Positions 10,235 through 18,866 of a stretch of DNA of 64,000 bases are shown piece by piece (within the stretch, counting starts at the first letter, position 1; each line of letters begins with the position of its first letter). Made by a program: the position numbers and the translations under genes. The stretch is from Candidatus Wallbacteria bacterium. Its GTDB lineage: Bacteria > Muiribacteriota > UBA6191 > JACPRK01. The stretch lies in NCBI GenBank assembly GCA_016190005.1, contig JACPRK010000146.1:12518-76517 (forward strand), read 5' to 3'. The notes beneath the pieces were generated by a model, which searched no databases, was not told where the DNA came from, and saw only the letters and a program-made list of their open reading frames with translations.

Positions 10235-10888
10235 ATGGGCTCTCGGCAACTGCGCACTTTCGGACTGGGCCTGATGATGGCGTCTGCCCTGGTCGAGCAA
10301 GCCTTCGCGGAGAGGCTGCTGCTGGTCAACGGGCTCGAGGTGAAGGGGTACATCACCGGCAACGAGAACGGGCATTACCTCGTTCAGATCGGCAAGTACA
10401 CGAAGCGAGTGCCCGAATCGCAAGTGAAGAGCATCGTGGACGATGCGGCGACCGCGCCGGCGCCGTCCGGAGTAGCGGCGCCCGCGCCGTCGGCGGCAGC
10501 GGGGGGGGCCATCGACATCGCCAAGCTGCTTGGTGGGGCGGGTGGCGGCGGGCAGATGGGCGGCGGCATCGATCTCTCCGCGTTGCTGGGCAGCGCGGGG
10601 GGCGGTGGCGGGGGGCTGGACGTGTCCAAGATCCTTGGTGGCGGTGGCGGCGGGGCGATGGACCTGTCGGGATTGCTCGGCGGCGGTGGCGGCGGAAACA
10701 TCATGGCGATGGCCGAGAAGATGAAGGACCCGGCGTTCCAGCAGCAGTTCCTGGCGCAGATCGAGGAGCGCAACAGGAGCGGCGGCAACCCGGGCGCCGC
10801 GACCCCGTACATCAACATGCTGAAGGGCCTGTTCGCTCAGCTGAACTCGGCACCGAAGACCGCGCCGGCGAAGCCTCCCGGCCACTGA
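10235..10888 (+). CDS. Secreted Gly-rich low-complexity hypothetical protein
   Basis: Signal peptide ending AFA; 'LLLVNGLEVKGYI' small beta domain; repeated xD(I/L/V)xxLLG-poly-G units; AGGAG upstream. Confidence 0.75.
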   Translation: MGSRQLRTFGLGLMMASALVEQAFAERLLLVNGLEVKGYITGNENGHYLVQIGKYTKRVPESQVKSIVDDAATAPAPSGVAAPAPSAAAGGAIDIAKLLGGAGGGGQMGGGIDLSALLGSAGGGGGGLDVSKILGGGGGGAMDLSGLLGGGGGGNIMAMAEKMKDPAFQQQFLAQIEERNRSGGNPGAATPYINMLKGLFAQLNSAPKTAPAKPPGH

Positions 10889-10934
10889 GCCGAATGCGCG
10901 CCGCCTGGCCTGACCCGATGCGCCGAAGGCTCCC

Positions 10935-12278
10935 GTGACGGAGCCCGGGCGCATCGGGCCGGCGGGTCGCTGGCCCTGGGTGGCTGTGCTGGCGCCTATC
11001 CTAGCGCTGGTATGGCTCGTCGACGCCTATTCGGTGAACGCGCCGTGGCAGGACGACTGGGAGCTGGTGCCGCTTTTGGAGAAGCAGGCTCTGGGGACTC
11101 TCGGGTGGTCGGACCTCTACGCGCAGCACAATGAGCACCGCATCCTCTTTCCGAGAATTGCGATGCTCACGCTGGCCTTCTGGACTCGATGGAACCTGCG
11201 CTCCCAGGTCTGGCTCGGATTGACGATCGCCGTCGCCGGGTTTGCTGTCATCCTGTGGTTGCTCGCCAGGACACGAGAGCTGACGTTGCCCGAGCTCCGG
11301 CCTTGGCTGCCGGTCGCCGTTGCCTGGACGTGGTTCTCGGCAGCACAGTACGAGAACTGGCTCTGGGGCTGGCAGCTACAGTGGTTCCTCTGCCGGCTTG
11401 CGTTGCTGGTAACGATCGGCGCTCTGGTGTCGCCTGGTCCCGAGGCTGGCGCGCATTCCCGAGTGCGGTTCGGGATCGCGGCTCTGGCTGCGGCGATCGG
11501 GAGCTTCTCCTTCGGAAGCGGGCTGCTCATCTGGATTGCGGGGGCCATCTCCCTGCTTGCGTCCTCGCAACAGAGAGGATGGCTCGGCTACTGGGTCGCG
11601 GCCGGTGGAGCCACCTGGGCTGTCTACTTCGCCGGCTACGTCGCCGCCCCTGGACGCGCTCCCTGGACAACGGCGCTGGAGCGGCCCGGGGAGCTGTTCC
11701 TCTACGAGCTGGCCTGCCTGGGAAGCAACTTTTCGATGAAGGTTGGTCTTGCGGCGGTGGCCGGCGGAGCGGTCGTAGCGATCGCGGCGCTCGCCTTGGT
11801 GCGGCTCTGGCGGTGCGACCGCAGGAGGCTTGCGCTGGCCGCTCCGTGGGTGGCGCTCCTCGTCTTTGCGCTGCTCGAGGGTGGCGTCGTCGCAGCGTCG
11901 CGGCTCGGGTTCGGGCTGGCCAGCGCCACGTCCAGTCGCTACGCCTCGATCTCGGCGCTCTTCACGGTGGCAGCCGTCGTGCTGGCGACGGTCGCGCTCT
12001 CCGCGGAGTCAACGGAGCAACCGGGTCCTGAGCGCCGCCGGGGGATGGCGTTCGGCGCCCTTCTGGCTCTGCTCGCGGCAGGGCTGGCCAGCGGGTATGC
12101 CTCGGGCATCGGCGAGATGACCCAGCACAAGCGGCGGCTCATGGAGGCCGTCATCTGCCTCTCGAACTTCGAGGCCGCTTCCGACGCGCAGCTCGGGAGG
12201 TTCTACCCCGACGTCCCGAAGGTCCGGCGGCTTGCTCATTTTCTCCGGCGCGCCGGATTGGGAGGGCTGGGGCGCTAG
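10935..12278 (+). CDS. Polytopic membrane protein, probable GT-C-type glycosyltransferase
   Basis: PWQDDW...AQHNEHRILFP loop after TM1, QYENWLWG, SRY motif, about 11 TM helices. Confidence 0.65.
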   Translation: MTEPGRIGPAGRWPWVAVLAPILALVWLVDAYSVNAPWQDDWELVPLLEKQALGTLGWSDLYAQHNEHRILFPRIAMLTLAFWTRWNLRSQVWLGLTIAVAGFAVILWLLARTRELTLPELRPWLPVAVAWTWFSAAQYENWLWGWQLQWFLCRLALLVTIGALVSPGPEAGAHSRVRFGIAALAAAIGSFSFGSGLLIWIAGAISLLASSQQRGWLGYWVAAGGATWAVYFAGYVAAPGRAPWTTALERPGELFLYELACLGSNFSMKVGLAAVAGGAVVAIAALALVRLWRCDRRRLALAAPWVALLVFALLEGGVVAASRLGFGLASATSSRYASISALFTVAAVVLATVALSAESTEQPGPERRRGMAFGALLALLAAGLASGYASGIGEMTQHKRRLMEAVICLSNFEAASDAQLGRFYPDVPKVRRLAHFLRRAGLGGLGR

Positions 12279-13129
12279 GACCAGAAGACGCCCGTGCGCG
12301 CGGCGACCAGCTTCTGCACCTCGCGCTGGATTCGAGTGCGGACCAGCTCGCCCAGCGCTTGCACGGTCGTGTAGTCGTGGGAGCGGGAGCGCGCGGCTTC
12401 CTTCAAGTGCAGCGGCTTGCCGAAATGGATGCGGAACTTGGTCGGCAGCGGCAGCGCGCCCAGCAGCCCGAGCCAGGGGAAGAGCGGCGTCAGAGGAAAG
12501 TACGGCAGCCCCAGCAGCCGGGCGATCGGTTGCGCGTGCGCCAGGACCGGATAGGTCTCCTCGCCGCCGACGACCGCCGTGGGGACGATCGGCGCTTGCG
12601 TCTCCAGCGCGACCTCGGCGAAGCCGCCGCGCCCGAATCGCACCAGCTTGTAGCGGTCCCGGTAGAGCTTGGCCGTGCCCTTGGCTCCTTCGGGAAAGAC
12701 CCCCACCAGCTGGTCGGCTTCCAGGAGCTTGCGCGCGTTCTCACGGCACGCGAGCACGAACCCGAGCTTCGGGATCAGCTCGGCGGCGAACGGCGTGGCG
12801 CAGAGCCACTTCAGCACCAGGTACCGGACGTGGCGGTGCGCCGGGTGGTGCTTGCGGATGGCCTGCAGGATCATCGGCGCGTCGAACGGGATCGCTCCGG
12901 AGTGGTTGGCCACGATCAGAGCCCGGCCGCTCGACGGCACGTTCTCCAGCCCGCTCACTTCGACACGGAACCAGCGCGAGTAGAGGAACTCCAGCAGCGG
13001 TTCCAGGGTGCTCTCGAAGAACTCGCGGTCGAGGCCGAAGTCGTCCACGGGTGCCGGGTGGCCAAGCGCGCGGAGCCGTCCGCGCGCGCCCCCCCGAGGG
13101 TGGGTGGCTCGGGCCTTGGATGCGGTCAT
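12275..13129 (-). CDS. Lysophospholipid/glycerol acyltransferase (PlsC family)
   Basis: NHSGAIPFD (HxxxxxD), VFPEG, IVPTAVVG; start approximate. Confidence 0.85.
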   Translation of the reverse strand: MTASKARATHPRGGARGRLRALGHPAPVDDFGLDREFFESTLEPLLEFLYSRWFRVEVSGLENVPSSGRALIVANHSGAIPFDAPMILQAIRKHHPAHRHVRYLVLKWLCATPFAAELIPKLGFVLACRENARKLLEADQLVGVFPEGAKGTAKLYRDRYKLVRFGRGGFAEVALETQAPIVPTAVVGGEETYPVLAHAQPIARLLGLPYFPLTPLFPWLGLLGALPLPTKFRIHFGKPLHLKEAARSRSHDYTTVQALGELVRTRIQREVQKLVAARTGVFWS

Positions 13130-13179
13130 CCCCGGCATTCTACCCGACCGGGCTGGGGAGGAGTCGCCCGACGGGGGGC

Positions 13180-13710
13180 TCACACGCTGACGGCGTTGCG
13201 CAGCTCTCGCCGCAGCCGCGCCGGATCGAAAGGCTTCAGCAAGTAGTGCGAGGCGCCCGACTTGAAGGCCTGCACGACCAACGAGATGTCGTCGCGGGCG
13301 GTCAGGACCACGATCGGAATGTCCTTGGTCTCCGAATTGCCCTTGAGCAGCCGGCAGAACTCGAGCCCGTCCATCCCGGGCATCATCAGATCGAGGAGGA
13401 TGACGTCCGGAAACTGGGACTCGGCGATTCGCAGCCCCTCTTCGCCGCAAGCCGCAGTGATGACCTCGAAATCCCGGTCGTACTGGATCACGTCCTGGAG
13501 GGTGTCGAGCAGACGACGCTCGTCGTCGACCACCAGGACCCGGTAGGTGCCAAGCACGCGTTCCTCAGAGGAATTTTCGTGCCAGATCGAAGACTTTCGA
13601 CCGCGGACGGCCGAGTTCTCTCCGGTGGCTGCGACCAGGTCCCCGGCAGGCGCTCCCCTGGGTGCGGCTGGCGAAAACGTTTCAGCATCCTGGAACACTT
13701 GCCTCGTCAC
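13180..13710 (-). CDS. Single-domain response regulator (REC)
   Basis: VLVVDDE, ILLDLMMPGMDG, VLTA, YLLKPF; true start may be downstream. Confidence 0.85.
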   Translation of the reverse strand: MTRQVFQDAETFSPAAPRGAPAGDLVAATGENSAVRGRKSSIWHENSSEERVLGTYRVLVVDDERRLLDTLQDVIQYDRDFEVITAACGEEGLRIAESQFPDVILLDLMMPGMDGLEFCRLLKGNSETKDIPIVVLTARDDISLVVQAFKSGASHYLLKPFDPARLRRELRNAVSV

Positions 13711-13827
13711 TCTCCCCTGTACACCTTGATTGGTTTTCAGATCGCTCTCCTATGAGTCTATCCTACGGATGTCACTCGAGCCAAGAAGATCCGCCTGGAC
13801 CCGATGGGATCGATTAGAATCGGGTTC

Positions 13828-14703
13828 ATGAAGATCGCGAGGCTAGTCCTGGCCGCCACACTGCTGTCGGCCGGCGCAGCGCCCGGTGCGGCCCCGCCGG
13901 CGCTGGGCCGTTTCGTCGATGCGGGGGGTGCCTGGAGTTTGCTCGCCCAGCAGGCCGCGGTGCTGGATGCCCGCACGGCGGCGGCGTACCGTAAGGGGCA
14001 CCTCGCCGGGGCTCGCCTGGTCGCCTGGGACGCTTTTTCGGACACCTCTGCCCCGCTTGCCAAGGGGCTACTCTCCTCCGACCACGAGCTTCTCGGCCGC
14101 CTGCTGGGAGCGTTGGGGGTGCGCGGCGACCGGCCGGTCCTGGTGTACGGCGATCCGCTGGCCGGCTGGGGGGAGGAAGGCCGCATCGCCTGGATGCTGG
14201 AGCACCTGGGGCACCGCGATGTCCACGTCCTGGACGGAGGAGTGAACGCATGGACCGCCGCCGGCGGCACGCTCACACGGGACGTCCCGCCGCCCGTGAC
14301 GGGGAAGTTCGAAATCCTGCCGGTCCCGGCGGTCAACGCGGCCGTGGCCGAGGTGCAGAGGGTGTCCGCCAGCGGAGGGGCGATCCTGCTCGACACGCGA
14401 ACTCCGGACGAGTACCGAGGCGCCACGTGGTACGGCGCCCCGCGCGGCGGCCACATCCCGCGCGCCCAGCTCTTCCCGTGGCAACAGCTGCTCGACCCGG
14501 CCGGGAGACTCCTGCCGGTGGAGCGGATTCGCGCGCTGGTCGCCCCGTCTGGCTCGCCCGTGATCGCCTACTGCACGGGCGGCGTGCGTTCCGGCTTCGT
14601 CTACTGGGCGCTGGCCCACGCCGGCGTCGCCTCCGTGAAGAACTACCCCGGCTCCTGGTGGGAGTGGAGCGGCCGCAGGGACCTTCCAGTAGAGAAGGAC
14701 TGA
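13828..14703 (+). CDS. Tandem-rhodanese sulfurtransferase (SseA/TST family) with probable signal peptide
   Basis: GHLAGA, LDGG, GGHIPRA, active site YCTGGVRS, NYPGSWWEWS. Confidence 0.88.
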   Translation: MKIARLVLAATLLSAGAAPGAAPPALGRFVDAGGAWSLLAQQAAVLDARTAAAYRKGHLAGARLVAWDAFSDTSAPLAKGLLSSDHELLGRLLGALGVRGDRPVLVYGDPLAGWGEEGRIAWMLEHLGHRDVHVLDGGVNAWTAAGGTLTRDVPPPVTGKFEILPVPAVNAAVAEVQRVSASGGAILLDTRTPDEYRGATWYGAPRGGHIPRAQLFPWQQLLDPAGRLLPVERIRALVAPSGSPVIAYCTGGVRSGFVYWALAHAGVASVKNYPGSWWEWSGRRDLPVEKD

Positions 14704-14762
14704 AGCACCGTCGCGGAGCTCCCCCGGCAGTCGTCACCGGCTTTCCGCGGGGACTCGAGGCG

Positions 14763-16343
14763 CTACTTCATCGCGGCGGCGGCGGATGCGGGGCCTTTGT
14801 ACTCCCCGACGACGACGCGGCCGCCGCGCTGGGCGCGCTCGTTGTCGAGCAGCTCGGCGGTGTACTTGATGAAGTGGTGGCCGACGATCGAGTTCATGAT
14901 GCCGGCGACGTATTTGCTCGGGTGCTGCGTCGCCAGCCAGAAGATGAAGCGCCACCAGACGGCCCGGTAGCTGGAGAGAACACCCTGGACCACGATCGCG
15001 ATCAGGGTGACCAGCGCCAGCTGAAGCGGGTTGACCTGCTTGAGGTGCAGGTTCGGGTGGCCGGCCCGATCGAGCCGTTCGATGACGGCTCGGACGCGGT
15101 CGAAGTAGGCCTGGGGCGCGTAGACGCGCTCGAGGATCCGCTGGAAGCCGTGCATCAGCTTGTCCGGGTCCATCTTCGTGACGAAGTTGGTCCGGCCGAA
15201 CTGGTCGCCCGAGTGGTAGCCGAGCAGCCGGCCCTCCTTTTCGAGACGGGTCCAGAGCTGGGTGTTCGGGATGGCAGCGAGCACGCCCGTCATGGCCCAC
15301 GGGATCTCGGCCTTGGTGATGAACTCGATCTGGCGCTCGAAGATGTCCTCGAGGTCATTGTCGAAGCCGACGATGAAGCCGGCCATCACCTCGATGTTGT
15401 GATCGAGGATGTCATGGACGCTGTCGACCATGTCGCGCCGCATGTTCTGGAGCTTCTGCGTCTCCTTGAGACTCTCCTTCGAGGGGGTCTCGATCCCCAG
15501 GAACACGCGCTTGAAACCGGCCAATCGCATCGATTCCAGCAGGTCGCCGTCGTCGGCCAGGTTGAGCGAGGCCTCGGTGGTGACGTAGAACGGATACTCC
15601 CGCTCCTTCATCCACGGGATCATCTTCTCGAGCAGCAGCCGGACGGCCTTCTTATTCCCGATAAAGTTGTCGTCGACCAGGAAGAGCGGTCCTCGGTATC
15701 CCAGGTCGTAGAGCGCCTGGAGCTCGGCCAGCGTCTGGTCGGCGGACTTGGTGCGCGGCACCCGACCGTAGAGCGTGATGATGTCGCAGAACTCGCAGTT
15801 GAACGGACAGCCGCGGGAGAACTGGATGTCCATGATGCCGTACTTGCCCAGCTTCAGCAGGTCGAAGCGCGGCAGCGGCGTCGTCGTCACGTCGGGCTTG
15901 GTCTCCGAGCGGTAGATCGGCTTCGGCGTGCCCTGCTCCAGATCCGCCAGGAACCTGGGCAGCGTGATCTCGGCCTCGTCCAGCACCAGATGGGTCGGCT
16001 TGTCGCCGAGCCGGGCCGGATGGCCGCTCCCGAAGGGGCCGCCCACCACCGTCGGCCGCTCCAGCCGCTTGCACCGGTCCAGCAGGTCCAGCAACGACAC
16101 CGCCTGGCTCGTCATGCCTCCAGTGAAGACCATATCCGACCAGAGGATATCGGCGTCCGAGAGAGCCTCGATGTTCATGTCGACCAGCCGGATATCCCAG
16201 TTCCTGGGCAGCATCGCGGCTACCGTCACCAGCCCCAGCGGCGGGTGCATCGCCTTCTTGCCGAAGAGCGGCAGCGAGTACTGGAAGCCCCAGTAGGACG
16301 TGTGGTGCTCCGGGTGGACGAAGAGAATCTTCTTTGGACTCAC
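14763..16343 (-). CDS. Cobalamin-binding radical SAM protein (DUF4070-type C-terminus)
   Basis: PPLGL N-terminal B12 domain; SRGCPFNCEFC; VDDNFIGN; GFIVGFDND. Confidence 0.9.
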   Translation of the reverse strand: MSPKKILFVHPEHHTSYWGFQYSLPLFGKKAMHPPLGLVTVAAMLPRNWDIRLVDMNIEALSDADILWSDMVFTGGMTSQAVSLLDLLDRCKRLERPTVVGGPFGSGHPARLGDKPTHLVLDEAEITLPRFLADLEQGTPKPIYRSETKPDVTTTPLPRFDLLKLGKYGIMDIQFSRGCPFNCEFCDIITLYGRVPRTKSADQTLAELQALYDLGYRGPLFLVDDNFIGNKKAVRLLLEKMIPWMKEREYPFYVTTEASLNLADDGDLLESMRLAGFKRVFLGIETPSKESLKETQKLQNMRRDMVDSVHDILDHNIEVMAGFIVGFDNDLEDIFERQIEFITKAEIPWAMTGVLAAIPNTQLWTRLEKEGRLLGYHSGDQFGRTNFVTKMDPDKLMHGFQRILERVYAPQAYFDRVRAVIERLDRAGHPNLHLKQVNPLQLALVTLIAIVVQGVLSSYRAVWWRFIFWLATQHPSKYVAGIMNSIVGHHFIKYTAELLDNERAQRGGRVVVGEYKGPASAAAAMK

Positions 16344-16418
16344 GGCCTGGAATTATGCCTCGTCGAGCGACGAAAGTCACCCAAATTTGTATAGATTGCG
16401 GTAAAAGAACCACGGTGG

Positions 16419-17876
16419 TTGCTCGGTTTCGGTGCTAGAGTATCGAGTGTGGCAAGCAGAGGTTCGTGGGCGGGGTGGCGGGCGCGGGTTCATGGGGGTG
16501 GCGCCGGCGCGTTCCCGCAGCATCCGCTCAGGCTGAGCTTGTCGAAGCCTGCACTCTCCAGTGGTCTTTGGCTCGCGCTCGTCCTGTTAGCCTTCCCTGC
16601 TGCTACCACCGGGCAGCCCTCCCGGCTGGAGAGCTTCGCTACGCGCGCCAGCCTGACCGCGATGCGCGCCACGACCGGGGGGCTCTACTTCGTGCTCCTG
16701 GGGGGAGGCTCAGGGCCGGCTGCGGCCGCGGCGCCCGGCGTCCGGCTGTCGATGACGGCAGCGCTCTTGCGCTGGAAGCCTGGCCTGGAAGCGCCTGTCC
16801 TGGTGGAGCGTCAGCTGGGCGGCACCCGGTTCCGGGTGCGGGACTCGCAGCTGCTCTACGCGCTCGGCCCAGGGGCGCTCGTGTCGCGGGACCCGGGCGC
16901 CGAAACAACGCGCGAGCTGCCGTTGGCTGGGGTGAGCGCGCGCAGTCTGCGCTTCGCGTTCCCGGACGGCGACACGTACTTACTGACCGGCCGGCTTGCC
17001 GCGGACAGTCAGCCGGACGCGCCGGCGATCCCCATCCTCTATACGTCCAGTATGCGCGAGGCCTCTCCGATGCCGTTGCCGACGGGAAGCGCTTCGCCGG
17101 TCGTGCACGAGGTCCTGGGCCCCACCGAGGCGTTGGCCGGGTGCGAGGAGCGGCTGCTGATCAGCACGTTCGCCGGCCCGCTGCGACACGCCTTGCCGCT
17201 GGCGAAGCATCCGGCCGGATACTGGCCGCTGGAGCCGCCCGTGCCGTTCGAAGTCGGCGAGGATTCGTATCTCTCCGGCATCCTGGCTCTGGCCCGCGGC
17301 GGTACCGGGCCAGGCTTCGAGCTGGTCCGGTTGGGACCGCCGAGCTGGAAGCTGCCCCCCGGCGACCGTATCACTGCCGTGTTCCAGCGCTCCGAAGACG
17401 ATGTCCTGATGGTGCAGCACCGCACGGGCGACGGGTTGTGGACCGACTGGGTCGCGCGTCCTCGCGAGGGGCGACAGACGTCGTCGCCCGCTGCCGGCCA
17501 GGCGACGGGGGCGGCGATCTACTGGGCCGCGCGGGAGCTCCTGCTCTGGCGAGAGGGGCCGTGGGTGGTCGCGCTCGACTGCCGCCACTTGAGACCGCTC
17601 GGGCGCGCGGAGATTGCGGGCGGCATCTCGATAGTCCCCGGAGCGGCTGCAGGCGAGCGGTTGCTCGTGGCCGCCGGGGCAGGCGATGCCTGCGACATCT
17701 ACTGGCTGGGCGTCGACTCGGCCGGTGCCCTGTCGCTGGCGCCGGCGGCGAAGGGGCTGCCTGGCCGGCCCATCGCGTTTTTCTCCGAGCCGGGCAACGG
17801 CGCGTGCTACGTGGTCCTGGAGCGGGCCGACGGGCCCGGGCTGGACCTCATCGGATTCAAGGGAGCCACCAGATGA
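16419..17876 (+). CDS. Hypothetical protein, probably secreted and beta-rich
   Basis: Long ORF whose stop overlaps the next ATG (ATGA); signal-like LWLALVLLAFPAA suggests a start nearer 16539. Confidence 0.55.
   Translation: MLGFGARVSSVASRGSWAGWRARVHGGGAGAFPQHPLRLSLSKPALSSGLWLALVLLAFPAATTGQPSRLESFATRASLTAMRATTGGLYFVLLGGGSGPAAAAAPGVRLSMTAALLRWKPGLEAPVLVERQLGGTRFRVRDSQLLYALGPGALVSRDPGAETTRELPLAGVSARSLRFAFPDGDTYLLTGRLAADSQPDAPAIPILYTSSMREASPMPLPTGSASPVVHEVLGPTEALAGCEERLLISTFAGPLRHALPLAKHPAGYWPLEPPVPFEVGEDSYLSGILALARGGTGPGFELVRLGPPSWKLPPGDRITAVFQRSEDDVLMVQHRTGDGLWTDWVARPREGRQTSSPAAGQATGAAIYWAARELLLWREGPWVVALDCRHLRPLGRAEIAGGISIVPGAAAGERLLVAAGAGDACDIYWLGVDSAGALSLAPAAKGLPGRPIAFFSEPGNGACYVVLERADGPGLDLIGFKGATR
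16524..16550. repeat. REP-like element (CTGAGCTTGTCGAAG family)
   Basis: ccgctcaggctgagcttgtcgaagcct; shares GCTCAGG and GCTTGTCGAAG with 63496-63541. Confidence 0.5.
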
Positions 17877-18847
17877 AAGCAATCCAGGTGTGCGTCTTCG
17901 GGGCGCCGGACGTCATGCGGCTGGCGGAGCTCGCCGACCCCGAACCGGCTGCTGGCCAGGTGCTGGTGCGCGTGGAAGCGGCCGGCGTGAACCCGGTCGA
18001 TACGTACATTCGTTCGGGCGCCTACGCGCGCAAGCCGCCGTTGCCCTACACGCCGGGGATGGACGGCGCCGGCGTCGTCGAGCGCGTCGGCCCAGGCGTG
18101 ACGCGCCGTCGCGCCGGTGAGCGGGTCTACATCGCGGGCAGCCTCTCCGGAACCTACGCTCAGCGCGCGCTCTGCCTGGAGTCCCAGGTCCACCCGCTGC
18201 CCGACCTCGTCAGCTTCGCCCAGGGCGCCGCCGTCTTCGTCCCGTACGCCACGGCCTACCGGGCCCTCCATCACTGCGCGCGGGCGGTCCCCGGCGAGGC
18301 CGTGCTGGTACACGGCGCCAGCGGCGGCGTCGGCCTGGCTGCCGTCCAGATCGCCCGCGCCGCCGGTCTGACCGTGCTCGGCACCGCGGGCACCGATGAG
18401 GGTCTGGCCCTGGTCACCCGCGAGGGCGCTCACCACGCGCTGGATCATCGGTCACCCGACTTCCCCGAGCGCCTGCTGGAGCGGACTGCAGGCCGCGGCC
18501 CCGACGTCATTCTGGAGATGCTGGCCAACGTCAACCTCGCGCGCGACCTGGAGCTCATCGCGCCGCGAGGCCGCATCGTGGTCATCGGCAGCCGCGGCCC
18601 GATCCAGATCGATCCCCGCGCCGCCATGTCGAAGGATGCCGCCCTCATCGGAATGTCGCTCCTCAACGCGACTGCCGAGGAGCTGGCTAGTGTCCACTCC
18701 GCACTGGTCGCGGGCCTGGAGAACGGCACACTGCGTCCCATCGTGCGCGCCGAGCTAGCACTGGCCGCCGCCCCCGCTGCCCACGAGCTGGTGCTCCAGC
18801 CGGGCGCTCGCGGGAAGATCGTGCTGACCCCGTGGGGGGAGAGTTGA
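17873..18847 (+). CDS. qor: NADPH:quinone reductase (zeta-crystallin / MDR family)
   Basis: AAGVNPVDTYIRSG, PYTPGMDGAG, HGASGGVG, GKIVL. Confidence 0.88.
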   Translation: MKAIQVCVFGAPDVMRLAELADPEPAAGQVLVRVEAAGVNPVDTYIRSGAYARKPPLPYTPGMDGAGVVERVGPGVTRRRAGERVYIAGSLSGTYAQRALCLESQVHPLPDLVSFAQGAAVFVPYATAYRALHHCARAVPGEAVLVHGASGGVGLAAVQIARAAGLTVLGTAGTDEGLALVTREGAHHALDHRSPDFPERLLERTAGRGPDVILEMLANVNLARDLELIAPRGRIVVIGSRGPIQIDPRAAMSKDAALIGMSLLNATAEELASVHSALVAGLENGTLRPIVRAELALAAAPAAHELVLQPGARGKIVLTPWGES

Positions 18848-18866
18848 GAATCGATTCTCGATTCTC

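Noticed and set aside
16466-17872. 793-aa fusion to the quinone reductase
   Set aside because: The upstream part is an off-frame read of the 16419 gene; the MDR domain starts at ATG 17873
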